DNA of 64,000 bases from an uncultured Spirochaetota bacterium (GTDB lineage Bacteria > Spirochaetota > Brevinematia > Brevinematales > JAOACQ01): NCBI GenBank assembly GCA_963768055.1, contig CAVYGN010000001.1, positions 1,376,001 to 1,440,000 of the forward strand, written 5' to 3'. Position numbers and translations under genes: made by a program. The notes below the pieces were generated by a model, which had not been told where the DNA came from, did not search any database, and was given only the letters and a program-made list of their open reading frames with translations. Shown here in pieces: positions 38,818 through 48,217 of this stretch. The first letter of the stretch is position 1. Each line of letters begins with the position of its first letter.

Positions 38818-39294
38818 TTATAAGTACTTTTTTGCGGTTTTTTTGATCAGATCCGGTAAATTCGCCATATTCTTTTTTGTACATCTGATCGAGAAGGAAC
38901 CTTCAATCAGTCCTCCCCTTTCCCTTATTCTATTTTCCATTTTATTGAGGACCGGCTGCGATTTACCAAAAATATTCGTACAGAAAATTACTATCTTTTT
39001 CCTTTTCAGCGAAGCCTCGTTTATAAGGGTATTTATCGCCGGAACGGGATTCCCGCCCCAAACAGGGGTTCCGATGAAAATCCTTTCATATCCGCTAATA
39101 TTCGGATTATACGGCCGCAATTCACTTTTTAAGCCTGTTAACGCCTGGAGGGGCGATATAAGATAACTTAATATCCCCTTTCTTATCGAAACTTCCTCCA
39201 GCCTTCTTAATTCAGCGCCCGTAATCTTCATTAAGGCTTCGGCTACAGACTTTGTCTTTCCCTTCCATGAATAATAATATATCAAGGATTTCAT
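38818..39294 (-). CDS. Flavodoxin-like protein
   Basis: YYSWKGKTKSVA and IFIGTPVWGG motifs. Confidence 0.85.
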   Translation of the reverse strand: MKSLIYYYSWKGKTKSVAEALMKITGAELRRLEEVSIRKGILSYLISPLQALTGLKSELRPYNPNISGYERIFIGTPVWGGNPVPAINTLINEASLKRKKIVIFCTNIFGKSQPVLNKMENRIRERGGLIEGSFSIRCTKKNMANLPDLIKKTAKKYL

Positions 39295-39329
39295 ATACCC
39301 TCAAAATAATCTTTTACAAGATAAACCTT

Positions 39330-39851
39330 TTATTCCAGATTAAGGTCTTTACGAAGCCTCTGTTTTACATCGCCGGTTATATCGAATTCCCTGTCTATAA
39401 ACAGGAGAATGTCGTTCCCCTTTCTGAAAACAAAGCTGAATCCCTTTTCCTCGCTTACTTCCTCGATAACAGACGATATCCTTGCAAAAACAGGTTTTGT
39501 AAGTTCTTCTTTGAAAGCGGTGACTTTGTTGTTCGATTCTGTTATAAATTCACCCAGCTGTTGACGTTTTAATTCAAGTTCAGCCTCGCGCCTTTGTTTT
39601 TCATCATCCGAAAGATTTGAACTCTGAGAATAATCTTTTTCCAGAAGACCTATTTCCTCTTTTCTTTTATCGATTTCTACCTGGTATTTCCGGCGTTCGT
39701 CAAGGAGTTTTTTTCTTATGTCGTCAATTCCGGGAAAAGTATTAAACACCTCTTCAACATCCACACAGCCTATCTTGAACTGGCGAAGGCTGTAAACACT
39801 GCCGAACAATAACAGAAGACATATTGAAGTAAAAATGGTTTTTTTCAGCAT
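39330..39851 (-). CDS. skp: OmpH/Skp periplasmic chaperone
   Basis: Signal peptide, KIGCVDVEEV, coiled coil and terminal DITGDV; downstream of bamA. Confidence 0.88.
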   Translation of the reverse strand: MLKKTIFTSICLLLLFGSVYSLRQFKIGCVDVEEVFNTFPGIDDIRKKLLDERRKYQVEIDKRKEEIGLLEKDYSQSSNLSDDEKQRREAELELKRQQLGEFITESNNKVTAFKEELTKPVFARISSVIEEVSEEKGFSFVFRKGNDILLFIDREFDITGDVKQRLRKDLNLE

Positions 39852-39861
39852 TGTTTTCTCC

Positions 39862-42300
39862 TTAAAACACGCCCTGGATACTGAGCACGGGCGTAAGATT
39901 ATCAAACAAATTCTGATCCTGGTCCAGCTGAAATGTATTCAGGCTTGCGCTATACTCTCCGCGTCTCGCTACATATATACGAATTGGAAGTCCGATTATA
40001 TTGACCTGAATTCCTATTCCGAAACTGAACAAATACCCGAAGGGGGAAAACGGCGCTATACCGTTATACGTAGACCAAAGATTTCCCATATCATAGAAAA
40101 ACACTCCCCAGATAGGGTCATATATCTCGAACCGCAGTTCACCGCTGATATAATCCCTGGAGAGGCCTCTCGTTGAAAGACCTGACCATCCCCTGAGCTC
40201 ATAAACACCGTCAAACCACAGCATATCTGAATAATCATACACATACTGCCCGTTAAACTGAGGGGTTATAAATTGAACATCGCCGTGCAGGGCCAGCACA
40301 ACCCTCCAAAAAGGAATTGGAAAACTAAGGTATTGGCTGTATGACAGGCTGGGATGTAAATACTGCGCATAACCTCCCATTATACCGCCGATATATGATA
40401 GGTTCAGGTTAAAAATACTCCCCTCAAGCGGGCGCAGGGGATGGTCGGTAGAATTCCTTGAAAACCCTAAATTAATATAATTCTTGAAAAGCCAGCTGTT
40501 GGTAAGGGCGTATTCAAGGTTGGTATTTGTCTCCCAATGGTCCGTAAAGATCAGAGGCGTACTGAAGTCTGCCCCGTAATCCCTGTATATCGATGTGCCT
40601 ACCCCGGTTGATATTTCCCAGTAATCCGGAAACTTCCTCCTAATACCCAATCCGAGAGAGATTGTTTCCTCCCAGTAAGCATTAGTGCAAGCGGTATTAA
40701 ATAGAACATTATTGGAAGGGTTCTGAATGTAATTGAAATTCGTTTGGTCTAAAAAACCGGTCCCTGAAGAATCGGCCGGGACATTGCTAAACTGGGCCAG
40801 CGAATATCCAAGGGTTATATCTCCAAAAATCGGCTGGTCAAAAAGCCATGGTTCCTCGTATGTTATAGAAGCCGAATCGGCAGTCTGGCCGACCGAGGCC
40901 TTCAGCGATATTTCCCTTCCTGTTCCTCCCAGATTCTTCTCCGAGACCTGCCCGGCCAGGTTAAAACCGCTTATAGTCCCGTAACCGACCCCGAAGGTTA
41001 CTATGCCTGTCCTGGCTTCGTCCACGTTCATATCGAGATCTATTAGTCCTTCAGCGCTGCCCGGTAAGTATTCCGGTTTTACATCATTAAAATATGACAT
41101 CTGCATCAAATCATCATACGTTTTCTTGACTTTCCACTGGATGTAGAGTTCTCCCTCCTGATATTCGAATTCCCTCTTTATGACTTTCGTTTCTGTTTTA
41201 GTATTGCCGGAAACGGTAACATGCTCGATATGTGTCTGCGGCCCTTCGACAATAACAAGCTGAGAATCGACTATTCTGTTAGTTTCTTCTTTATTTAAAA
41301 GCAGGGAAACGTTTGCGTATAAATGCCCGTCATCGCTGTATTTGTTGAATATTTTAAGACGGATATTATCCATCTTGACTTTATCATAAATTTGGCCTTC
41401 TTTTAAATCGATCAGATCCTGGAGCTCTTTGGTCGTAAAAAGGGTGTTCCCTGTAATGGTAATTTTGCCGGTTTTGAATTTTTGGCCTTCGGAAATAACA
41501 ACATTAACTACTATGGCTTTATGTTTGTCCGCTCCGAGGTCCTGGATTGACCAGCTGAATTCTTTGAGAGAAGCGTCTATATATCCCTTTTGTCCGTATA
41601 ATTGCACGATTAGATCCTTGTCTTTTTCAAAATCTTTCTCTTTCATAACACCGTCAATAAATATAAAGAAAACTTCTTTTGTTTTCATGACGCTTTTGAT
41701 TTCATCGGCTTTTACATTATCATTTCCCGAAATATTGATCTTTTCAACAACGATCTTCCTGCCCGGAGTTACCTTGAATGCCAGATCGAAGGTTTGTTTT
41801 GCCACATTAACGGGTTTAAGTGTGGTCGTAACCGCCACCTCCCTGAAACCGTCATCAATATATTTCTTTTGAATCGCGTCTATAGATTTTGCCAGTTTGT
41901 TTTCCGTATAATATGAAAAATCCGTAAAGCTTATCACTTTTTTTAAATCATCCGAACTGATATTGTCATTGCCGGAGAATGTAACATTCCTTATGTAATA
42001 ATTCTCTTCGACAATAAAAGTAACAATAACCCCGTTAGTACCTTCCGCTATATCGACTTTTGCATTCTTGAACATATCGAGAGAATATAGTTTTTTAAGG
42101 GATTTATTAAGGGAGTCGGTATTTAAAACTCCTCCCACCTTTATTTCAAGAAGGGGCTTGATATCATCCGGATGAGCATTTATAAGCCCTTCGAATCTTA
42201 TATCCTGGATATTCTTGTCCTTCATATTTATTTCCTGGCTATATGAAAGATAAAGAGGTACTGTCATTAGCGCCAATAAGAAAATCATCACGCGGAACAT
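39862..42300 (-). CDS. bamA: Outer membrane protein assembly factor BamA
   Basis: Five POTRA-like repeats (GN..), SEKNLGGTG, EPWLF, ELRGW and terminal Phe. Confidence 0.95.
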   Translation of the reverse strand: MFRVMIFLLALMTVPLYLSYSQEINMKDKNIQDIRFEGLINAHPDDIKPLLEIKVGGVLNTDSLNKSLKKLYSLDMFKNAKVDIAEGTNGVIVTFIVEENYYIRNVTFSGNDNISSDDLKKVISFTDFSYYTENKLAKSIDAIQKKYIDDGFREVAVTTTLKPVNVAKQTFDLAFKVTPGRKIVVEKINISGNDNVKADEIKSVMKTKEVFFIFIDGVMKEKDFEKDKDLIVQLYGQKGYIDASLKEFSWSIQDLGADKHKAIVVNVVISEGQKFKTGKITITGNTLFTTKELQDLIDLKEGQIYDKVKMDNIRLKIFNKYSDDGHLYANVSLLLNKEETNRIVDSQLVIVEGPQTHIEHVTVSGNTKTETKVIKREFEYQEGELYIQWKVKKTYDDLMQMSYFNDVKPEYLPGSAEGLIDLDMNVDEARTGIVTFGVGYGTISGFNLAGQVSEKNLGGTGREISLKASVGQTADSASITYEEPWLFDQPIFGDITLGYSLAQFSNVPADSSGTGFLDQTNFNYIQNPSNNVLFNTACTNAYWEETISLGLGIRRKFPDYWEISTGVGTSIYRDYGADFSTPLIFTDHWETNTNLEYALTNSWLFKNYINLGFSRNSTDHPLRPLEGSIFNLNLSYIGGIMGGYAQYLHPSLSYSQYLSFPIPFWRVVLALHGDVQFITPQFNGQYVYDYSDMLWFDGVYELRGWSGLSTRGLSRDYISGELRFEIYDPIWGVFFYDMGNLWSTYNGIAPFSPFGYLFSFGIGIQVNIIGLPIRIYVARRGEYSASLNTFQLDQDQNLFDNLTPVLSIQGVF

Positions 42301-42335
42301 AAACTCTCCTGTAAATAAACTTTAATAAACTGATT

Positions 42336-42364
42336 ATTTTACTACATTTGTAGTACTTTGTCAA
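42336..42364 (-). promoter_or_regulatory. Sigma-70 promoter for bamA-skp
   Basis: TTGACA-N17-TAAAAT on the minus strand. Confidence 0.65.
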
Positions 42365-42384
42365 AATAAGACTGAATTCCGATA

Positions 42385-45300
42385 TCAGAATTTCTGGTTA
42401 AAATTGAGCTCGAAAAATTGCTCATAAAGAACCTGTCTGCCGAGCTCGGTAAATGGCTGGAGTTTCCAGCCGATATCGAAGAGTTTCATGTCAAGGTCTA
42501 AACCGATTGTTTGCAGTGCTATCAGACTGTTGATATCGATTGGATTCCTTGAAATGGTCAGGTCATACTGCAGGAATATATCCGGGATTATATATTTGCC
42601 AATGCTGATAGTCGAGCCTTCGAAAATGTCCACGGAGCTGAGATATGTTTCTCCATATATTGTCTTTCTAGCCCAGCTGTCTATTATGCCGGTCCTTATT
42701 ATGAACATATCGAGGCCGAGCCTTCTCCTGAGGTCGAAGGTAAGAGGGCTGAAAATGAATGCATTCTCCGCCGCACTGCTGATGCCTGCGGGTATAAATC
42801 CTCCATTACCGGTATTTATATTGGATAATGACATCGTTTCATTTTGGGATTGCAGGCCTAAAATAGCGGATAATTCTCCACTCGACTTCGGTGGAATGGA
42901 ATTAAATGACGAAAGGACAATGTCATCGGCTTTTCCGGTGAAAGTCATGAAAACTACGACCTGTTCGGTTTTCTCATCTCTGTACTTGAATGACGATTCC
43001 AGATTCACATAAGGAAGTATATCTCCGGGTTTTCCGCTGAAAACCGCTTTCCCATCGTCTATCGTGAAGTCCCTTCCGAGGTAAACTAAAGTACCCCTGT
43101 CGATATCAATATTCCCTTTAATATTTAAGGTTCTGTCAGCTAAAGTGCCTCCTACTGTCAGGGTTTCGTTTTTTTTGAGGAACACATCGATGAATTCATT
43201 CGAGAATTTTACACCACTGCCTATATGTACCGGTAACTTCCACCTGACATTATTTAATATACCCGGGGAAACATTTTTGTTGGTTCCTGTAGTGCCGCCC
43301 ATCATGCTCATATACATCAAAAGGTTATCGACGGTCACGTCGCCCGTTATATTCAGAGCGCTTATTTCACCTTCGAACCTCAATTCCTTGATCAATAGAT
43401 TTCCTGAAACCTTAAAACCCGGATAATTAATATTCAATAAGAAAACGGGTAAGGTCTTGCTGTTAGCCTTCAAGGTCAAATCCAGGCTTGGATTGAACAC
43501 GCTGTTAAAATAAACCGACCCGTCAAGCCGATAATCGCCCATGCTGGTAGCTAACCCGATATTGGTCAATAGCATCACATTATTGGTTATCTTAATATCC
43601 GAATTCAGGTTTTTAAATTTTGAGCCAAGGTCCTTGAAATCCGCATAAACCTGGCTTAATTTAATATTTCCATTAATTACCGGGAAATTAATATTCCCTC
43701 CAAAACTGAGAAAAACCGAACAGTCTCCCCTTATATCTTTCATAAAGGTAAAGGAGGAAAGCACGTCAAGCGGTGTTATCAGGCTAAACTCCGCATTTAT
43801 AATATTTCTTTTAATACTTCCCGAATATTCGGCCTGTATATTTTTGCTATTAAAAGACACATCCCATTTTTTTGCCTGGCCGTCTGAATTATAGTAACCC
43901 TTAAGTCCATGATCCTCCCTGTCCTGGAATGTCAGAGAATTGCCGTCTATGGATACCTCGCCTGCAATATCGTAGAGCGTCCTTCCGGAGATGGACAGGC
44001 TGTGCAGATCATAAAATAAATACTGATTGTCGTCCTGATAATAATAAACGATCGCTCCTTCGGTTTTTATAAAATCATAATAACCGAATTTTCCTTTTAC
44101 ATCAATTGAATAACCGGGTTCTTTATCAGATATAATCATATTAACATCTGCATTATAGGCCTCGGAACGCAGAATTACATTTTCCAGTGAACATACCCCG
44201 GCTTCAATCCGTATATCAGGAACATCAAGTGAAAAACTCTTCGAATTTTCAGAATTAATCACTTTGAGCCATCCCGACGCTTTTGGAGATGATATGTCCC
44301 AGGAAACGGCAACTTTGCCTGAAACGAAAACATCAAGGCTATCCTTGATAATATCTTTAACAAAAAAGTCCTTAATCTGGAATAAAGTATATAAGCCGTC
44401 AGAGCCTGAGGAGAAGAACAGGCTTCCCCCCTTGTCAAAATCAACCTGTCCGTATAACTGCTTATCCTGCATATATATCTTTCCATGCCCAAGCAATTTG
44501 TCATCCTTCGTGTCAATCAGAAAATGGTCAAATGAAAAGTAATTATCATGCTTGGACAGGACGAAATCGAGATTGACTGACCTGTTTTGATAAGAATAAA
44601 CAGACTTCAGGTTTACCTGCATTATTTTGTCATTATCGATGTCTTCGTCATACTTAAATGAAATGTTCCCCGCCAATCCGATATGCGTTAAAGGATATTG
44701 AACGGCGGTTACAGATATGGCATTTATGTTGTTAAAACCCTTTGAGCTGATCATGATCGCCTTGTCAATATTAATTTCGGTGTCGGCCGCCCCGCTGATA
44801 TTGTCGATGGAAATCTTTCCAATCATAGGCAGGTTATAAATATTTTTAAAGCGGACCATGCCGTTTAGGGATATTGTTTCTGTCATATTGTTAGTAGTTG
44901 AAAAAATAAGTGTAAAATCCGAATTTAAATTATAATTTGGGAAATTCATATTCTTGAAACTCAAAACGTTGTGCGAATAAAAAAGCCTGGTGGATGCGTA
45001 ATTATTTCCTCCCTTCTTCAGGGCCGGATTGTTTCCGCTGATTTCAGCTGAAAGGGAAAAATTATCGGACTTATCCTGGAAAACCCTCATCATTCCCGAA
45101 AAATTTCCATCTCCTAAATTGAACATGTCAAAACCTATATTGCTTACTGCTGTAAGCCCGGGAACATTGCTGGCGTATACAAACAGCTCATATTTACTAT
45201 TGGTAATATACCCTTTCATTGTCGCGTTAAACCCGGAATCCGGGGATGAAAACAGGAAACCGTTCGTAATCACATTCATTTTTGTAAAAATACTTCCCAC

Positions 45301-46494
45301 CTGTCCGCCGTTTAATTTGGTGTTTTCACCGGTTACGATCAATTCGTTTCCATTCTGTTCGAGTTTGTATAAACCGCTGATTTTAAGATTGGGTATAACA
45401 GTAAAATTGTCAAGCTCGGCAAAACCTGAAGGTAGAATGCCCCCGGGACTAATATTCAGACGGGTTTTACCATTTCCATATTTTGCTGATTTGATATCTC
45501 CGCTTATTGCTAATTTTCCATTTTCCATGGCAATTTTTATTAAAAGACTGTCGGCATTGGTTTTTGAGTTCAAGGCCGCTTCAACACCCCATGTGTTTAT
45601 GTTGGTAAAATAAGAAAGATTGAAATGGAAATTACCATCGTTAAAAATATGCTCAAACAGGTAATATTCTCCCGCTACCGTGTAATCCAGGCTAACATCC
45701 TTTTCAATAGTATAATATACAGCTCCGTTTTCAGATCTTATTTTTTTGGAAGAAAAAGATTTTTCCAGGTCAAGGGCAAAGGTCTTGCCTGTGGTGAAAT
45801 AAGCATCCTCGTCATTAATGATTGAAATTCCACCGGCATTTATATCCTTGAAATGGACCTTTCCGCTTCCAAGGTTTTCGGCAAAAGAATAATTAAAATC
45901 AATCTTTAATACCGACATGAGATAGCCGGTTGAGTTGCCGGAATGCAGATCTGCGGAAACGTCAGTTTGAAGGCTGATATTTTTATTTTTTATTTTTAAT
46001 TTCAGCCGGTCCAGGTAAAAATCGGATCTGATGCCGCAGGCAAAATCAATATTGATATCAATTTCACTTCCCGACAGTGTCAGGTTAAAATTATCTCCCT
46101 GATCAGCGCACGCTTGAAGTTTAGACTCAAGCCCTTTTAAAGCCCGGATGTTCCCCTTTAATGACAGTTTTTCAATCGATATAAAATATATCGAAGAAAC
46201 CGGGCCCCCCGTAAAAACTTTCAGGGGATTGTAATAGATCAAGGCGCTTTTTATGGATGCAGAAAAGTCCGGAGAAAGGGCTTGTACATCATTTAACCTT
46301 ATTGAAAAAAAAGGAAGGTTGAAAATGCTTCCAATGCTGACAGAATCGGTTTTAAGATATTTCGCAAGTTCTTTTTCAACTGTGCTTTTATAACCGTAAG
46401 AAATGAATTGGAAAAGGACTAAAAAGATGAAATATATTAAAACAGCCGATAAAGCCAATGATATTATTTTCTTTATATTAAAACCATTAACCAT
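42385..46494 (-). CDS. tamB: TamB/AsmA-like translocation and assembly module protein
   Basis: N-terminal anchor, long beta-rich body and C-terminal DUF490-like region (RGTLVYLGRDF, IGKYI); adjacent to bamA. Confidence 0.8.
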   Translation of the reverse strand: MVNGFNIKKIISLALSAVLIYFIFLVLFQFISYGYKSTVEKELAKYLKTDSVSIGSIFNLPFFSIRLNDVQALSPDFSASIKSALIYYNPLKVFTGGPVSSIYFISIEKLSLKGNIRALKGLESKLQACADQGDNFNLTLSGSEIDINIDFACGIRSDFYLDRLKLKIKNKNISLQTDVSADLHSGNSTGYLMSVLKIDFNYSFAENLGSGKVHFKDINAGGISIINDEDAYFTTGKTFALDLEKSFSSKKIRSENGAVYYTIEKDVSLDYTVAGEYYLFEHIFNDGNFHFNLSYFTNINTWGVEAALNSKTNADSLLIKIAMENGKLAISGDIKSAKYGNGKTRLNISPGGILPSGFAELDNFTVIPNLKISGLYKLEQNGNELIVTGENTKLNGGQVGSIFTKMNVITNGFLFSSPDSGFNATMKGYITNSKYELFVYASNVPGLTAVSNIGFDMFNLGDGNFSGMMRVFQDKSDNFSLSAEISGNNPALKKGGNNYASTRLFYSHNVLSFKNMNFPNYNLNSDFTLIFSTTNNMTETISLNGMVRFKNIYNLPMIGKISIDNISGAADTEINIDKAIMISSKGFNNINAISVTAVQYPLTHIGLAGNISFKYDEDIDNDKIMQVNLKSVYSYQNRSVNLDFVLSKHDNYFSFDHFLIDTKDDKLLGHGKIYMQDKQLYGQVDFDKGGSLFFSSGSDGLYTLFQIKDFFVKDIIKDSLDVFVSGKVAVSWDISSPKASGWLKVINSENSKSFSLDVPDIRIEAGVCSLENVILRSEAYNADVNMIISDKEPGYSIDVKGKFGYYDFIKTEGAIVYYYQDDNQYLFYDLHSLSISGRTLYDIAGEVSIDGNSLTFQDREDHGLKGYYNSDGQAKKWDVSFNSKNIQAEYSGSIKRNIINAEFSLITPLDVLSSFTFMKDIRGDCSVFLSFGGNINFPVINGNIKLSQVYADFKDLGSKFKNLNSDIKITNNVMLLTNIGLATSMGDYRLDGSVYFNSVFNPSLDLTLKANSKTLPVFLLNINYPGFKVSGNLLIKELRFEGEISALNITGDVTVDNLLMYMSMMGGTTGTNKNVSPGILNNVRWKLPVHIGSGVKFSNEFIDVFLKKNETLTVGGTLADRTLNIKGNIDIDRGTLVYLGRDFTIDDGKAVFSGKPGDILPYVNLESSFKYRDEKTEQVVVFMTFTGKADDIVLSSFNSIPPKSSGELSAILGLQSQNETMSLSNINTGNGGFIPAGISSAAENAFIFSPLTFDLRRRLGLDMFIIRTGIIDSWARKTIYGETYLSSVDIFEGSTISIGKYIIPDIFLQYDLTISRNPIDINSLIALQTIGLDLDMKLFDIGWKLQPFTELGRQVLYEQFFELNFNQKF

Positions 46495-46509
46495 AAAATA
46501 TCGATATTC

Positions 46510-48051
46510 CTAAAATTTCTCAAGCTCCCCGTCAAGCTTATCCGTGATCTTTTTTGTCGCCGCATCGATGGCCTGGCCGATATTGAGCCCCATTCCCCTC
46601 TCATCAAGAGTAACACCCTTTTCAGTTTTGCCGGTGTCCAGGTTTACAAATGAAAGAATGAATTTAACCTCGACGGATTTGAATTGGCTGTCGTTAAGAT
46701 TATAATCCTTGAAAACAATATCTTTGCCGATTTCCCCAAGATAATTGATCTGCCTGGTCCCGATCAGTATTCTCCTGACGTCGGGATAATTAGTTTTAAT
46801 ATGATTGATAATGGCCTGTTTTATCTTTCCTTCTTCACGCCCGGAGGTTATTACTGCCGAGGGGATTTCCGCGGAAATTATGTTATACCCCGCATCCGCC
46901 AGTTTACCCGATACACTTTCCTGAAATTTTGGAGATAATTCGCTTTTTGAGCCTTGTTTATCACCCTTAACCAGATCGAAAACTACGAGCGCAGTATTAA
47001 TCGCCTTATCCCTGACGACGGGAAGGAGGCTGAAACGGAGCGCCTGGGTGCTCTGAATGCCTGCCAGTTGTGTATAAAAATCAGGATCGAAATTTTTTAT
47101 ATTATCGTATTTAGCGAGCGAAATTGAGGAAAAAATAGAGAGCTTTTCAGCCGATGGATTGTTAATCTTATCTATGCTGTATTCCACCTCCCCCTTTTCG
47201 TCGGTAGTATTTCCTTTTTTTGAGGATAATACGGCGTTTGTGCCTTCTTCGTCAACTTCCATCAAAAGCCCTGACACGCCGGAGGCGGTTTTTGAGGAAA
47301 CGGCCCTGATCATGATAGGATCGCTTCCGCCCTCCTTGTAAGCATATTTCGGGGCCCCTTCAAGGGTAAATGAAAGGCTCGATAATTCAAGCAGGATTAA
47401 GTTTTTAGACTGGTCGTACAAATCGGAGTTTTCGGCCGCTTTTTCACTCACGGCCAGAGCGCTGTAAGACAGGTCGAGCGCTCTTGACAGGTTCCCGTTT
47501 TTCAGGGCTTCATCGGAATCGCTTAAATAAGTTTGAGCCTGTTTCCGCTGGTCGCTTACAAGCTTCTGCAGTCTCTTCCTCTCTTTTTCCACCCAATCCT
47601 GAGGGAATTTGATAAGACAGTACATTGATATCGTATTATCAGAATACTGCTCGTAATAAAAATCCTCAAGGTCGATATTGACATTTGCGCTCCCCTTGCC
47701 TTCCAGGGTTTGCTCTATATTCTGGTTGAAACTTGAGACATTATCGGAATCGGAAATTTCCTTCGTACTTTTAAACCTTGCTGTTGCCCTGAACCCTATG
47801 TATTCTATAAGCTGAGAGGCGGCGTCGTCAACGGCTTCTTTTTTTGCCGTTTTCAGATCCGGAGATTTGGAACTCATTCCGACAAAGTAAACATAATCAG
47901 GGGATTTCTTTTTTTTAAGCACCCAGTCCGGCATGGATGGCGCCGACGTTTTTATAACGGTTACGGCCCCGGCCGCAGCCGTTCTCTGAGTAATACAGAA
48001 TAATATCAGAAGTAATGCGGCAGTTCCAGTGATAACGGAGAAAATCTTCAT
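46510..48051 (-). CDS. Exported LPP20-like domain protein
   Basis: Signal peptide; PDWV...YFVGMS...AKKEAVDDA motif. Confidence 0.65.
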   Translation of the reverse strand: MKIFSVITGTAALLLILFCITQRTAAAGAVTVIKTSAPSMPDWVLKKKKSPDYVYFVGMSSKSPDLKTAKKEAVDDAASQLIEYIGFRATARFKSTKEISDSDNVSSFNQNIEQTLEGKGSANVNIDLEDFYYEQYSDNTISMYCLIKFPQDWVEKERKRLQKLVSDQRKQAQTYLSDSDEALKNGNLSRALDLSYSALAVSEKAAENSDLYDQSKNLILLELSSLSFTLEGAPKYAYKEGGSDPIMIRAVSSKTASGVSGLLMEVDEEGTNAVLSSKKGNTTDEKGEVEYSIDKINNPSAEKLSIFSSISLAKYDNIKNFDPDFYTQLAGIQSTQALRFSLLPVVRDKAINTALVVFDLVKGDKQGSKSELSPKFQESVSGKLADAGYNIISAEIPSAVITSGREEGKIKQAIINHIKTNYPDVRRILIGTRQINYLGEIGKDIVFKDYNLNDSQFKSVEVKFILSFVNLDTGKTEKGVTLDERGMGLNIGQAIDAATKKITDKLDGELEKF

Positions 48052-48217
48052 GTCAAACCTCCGACAATTATTATACTACCACTTAACATTTTAAATTATA
48101 AAAATTAAGAACGGTGAAGAAAAATAACCGGCGAGTCCTGATATAGCTATATATATTATATAGCGGTTTTGAAATAATATCAAGTTGCGGGCGCTTCTAA
48201 TTACCTTCGGATCCTGA

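Noticed and set aside
42488..45825. Several 66-194-aa + strand ORFs
   Set aside because: Antisense shadows of tamB; the same applies to short ORFs opposite dnaE, flgI, bamA and the cyclase.
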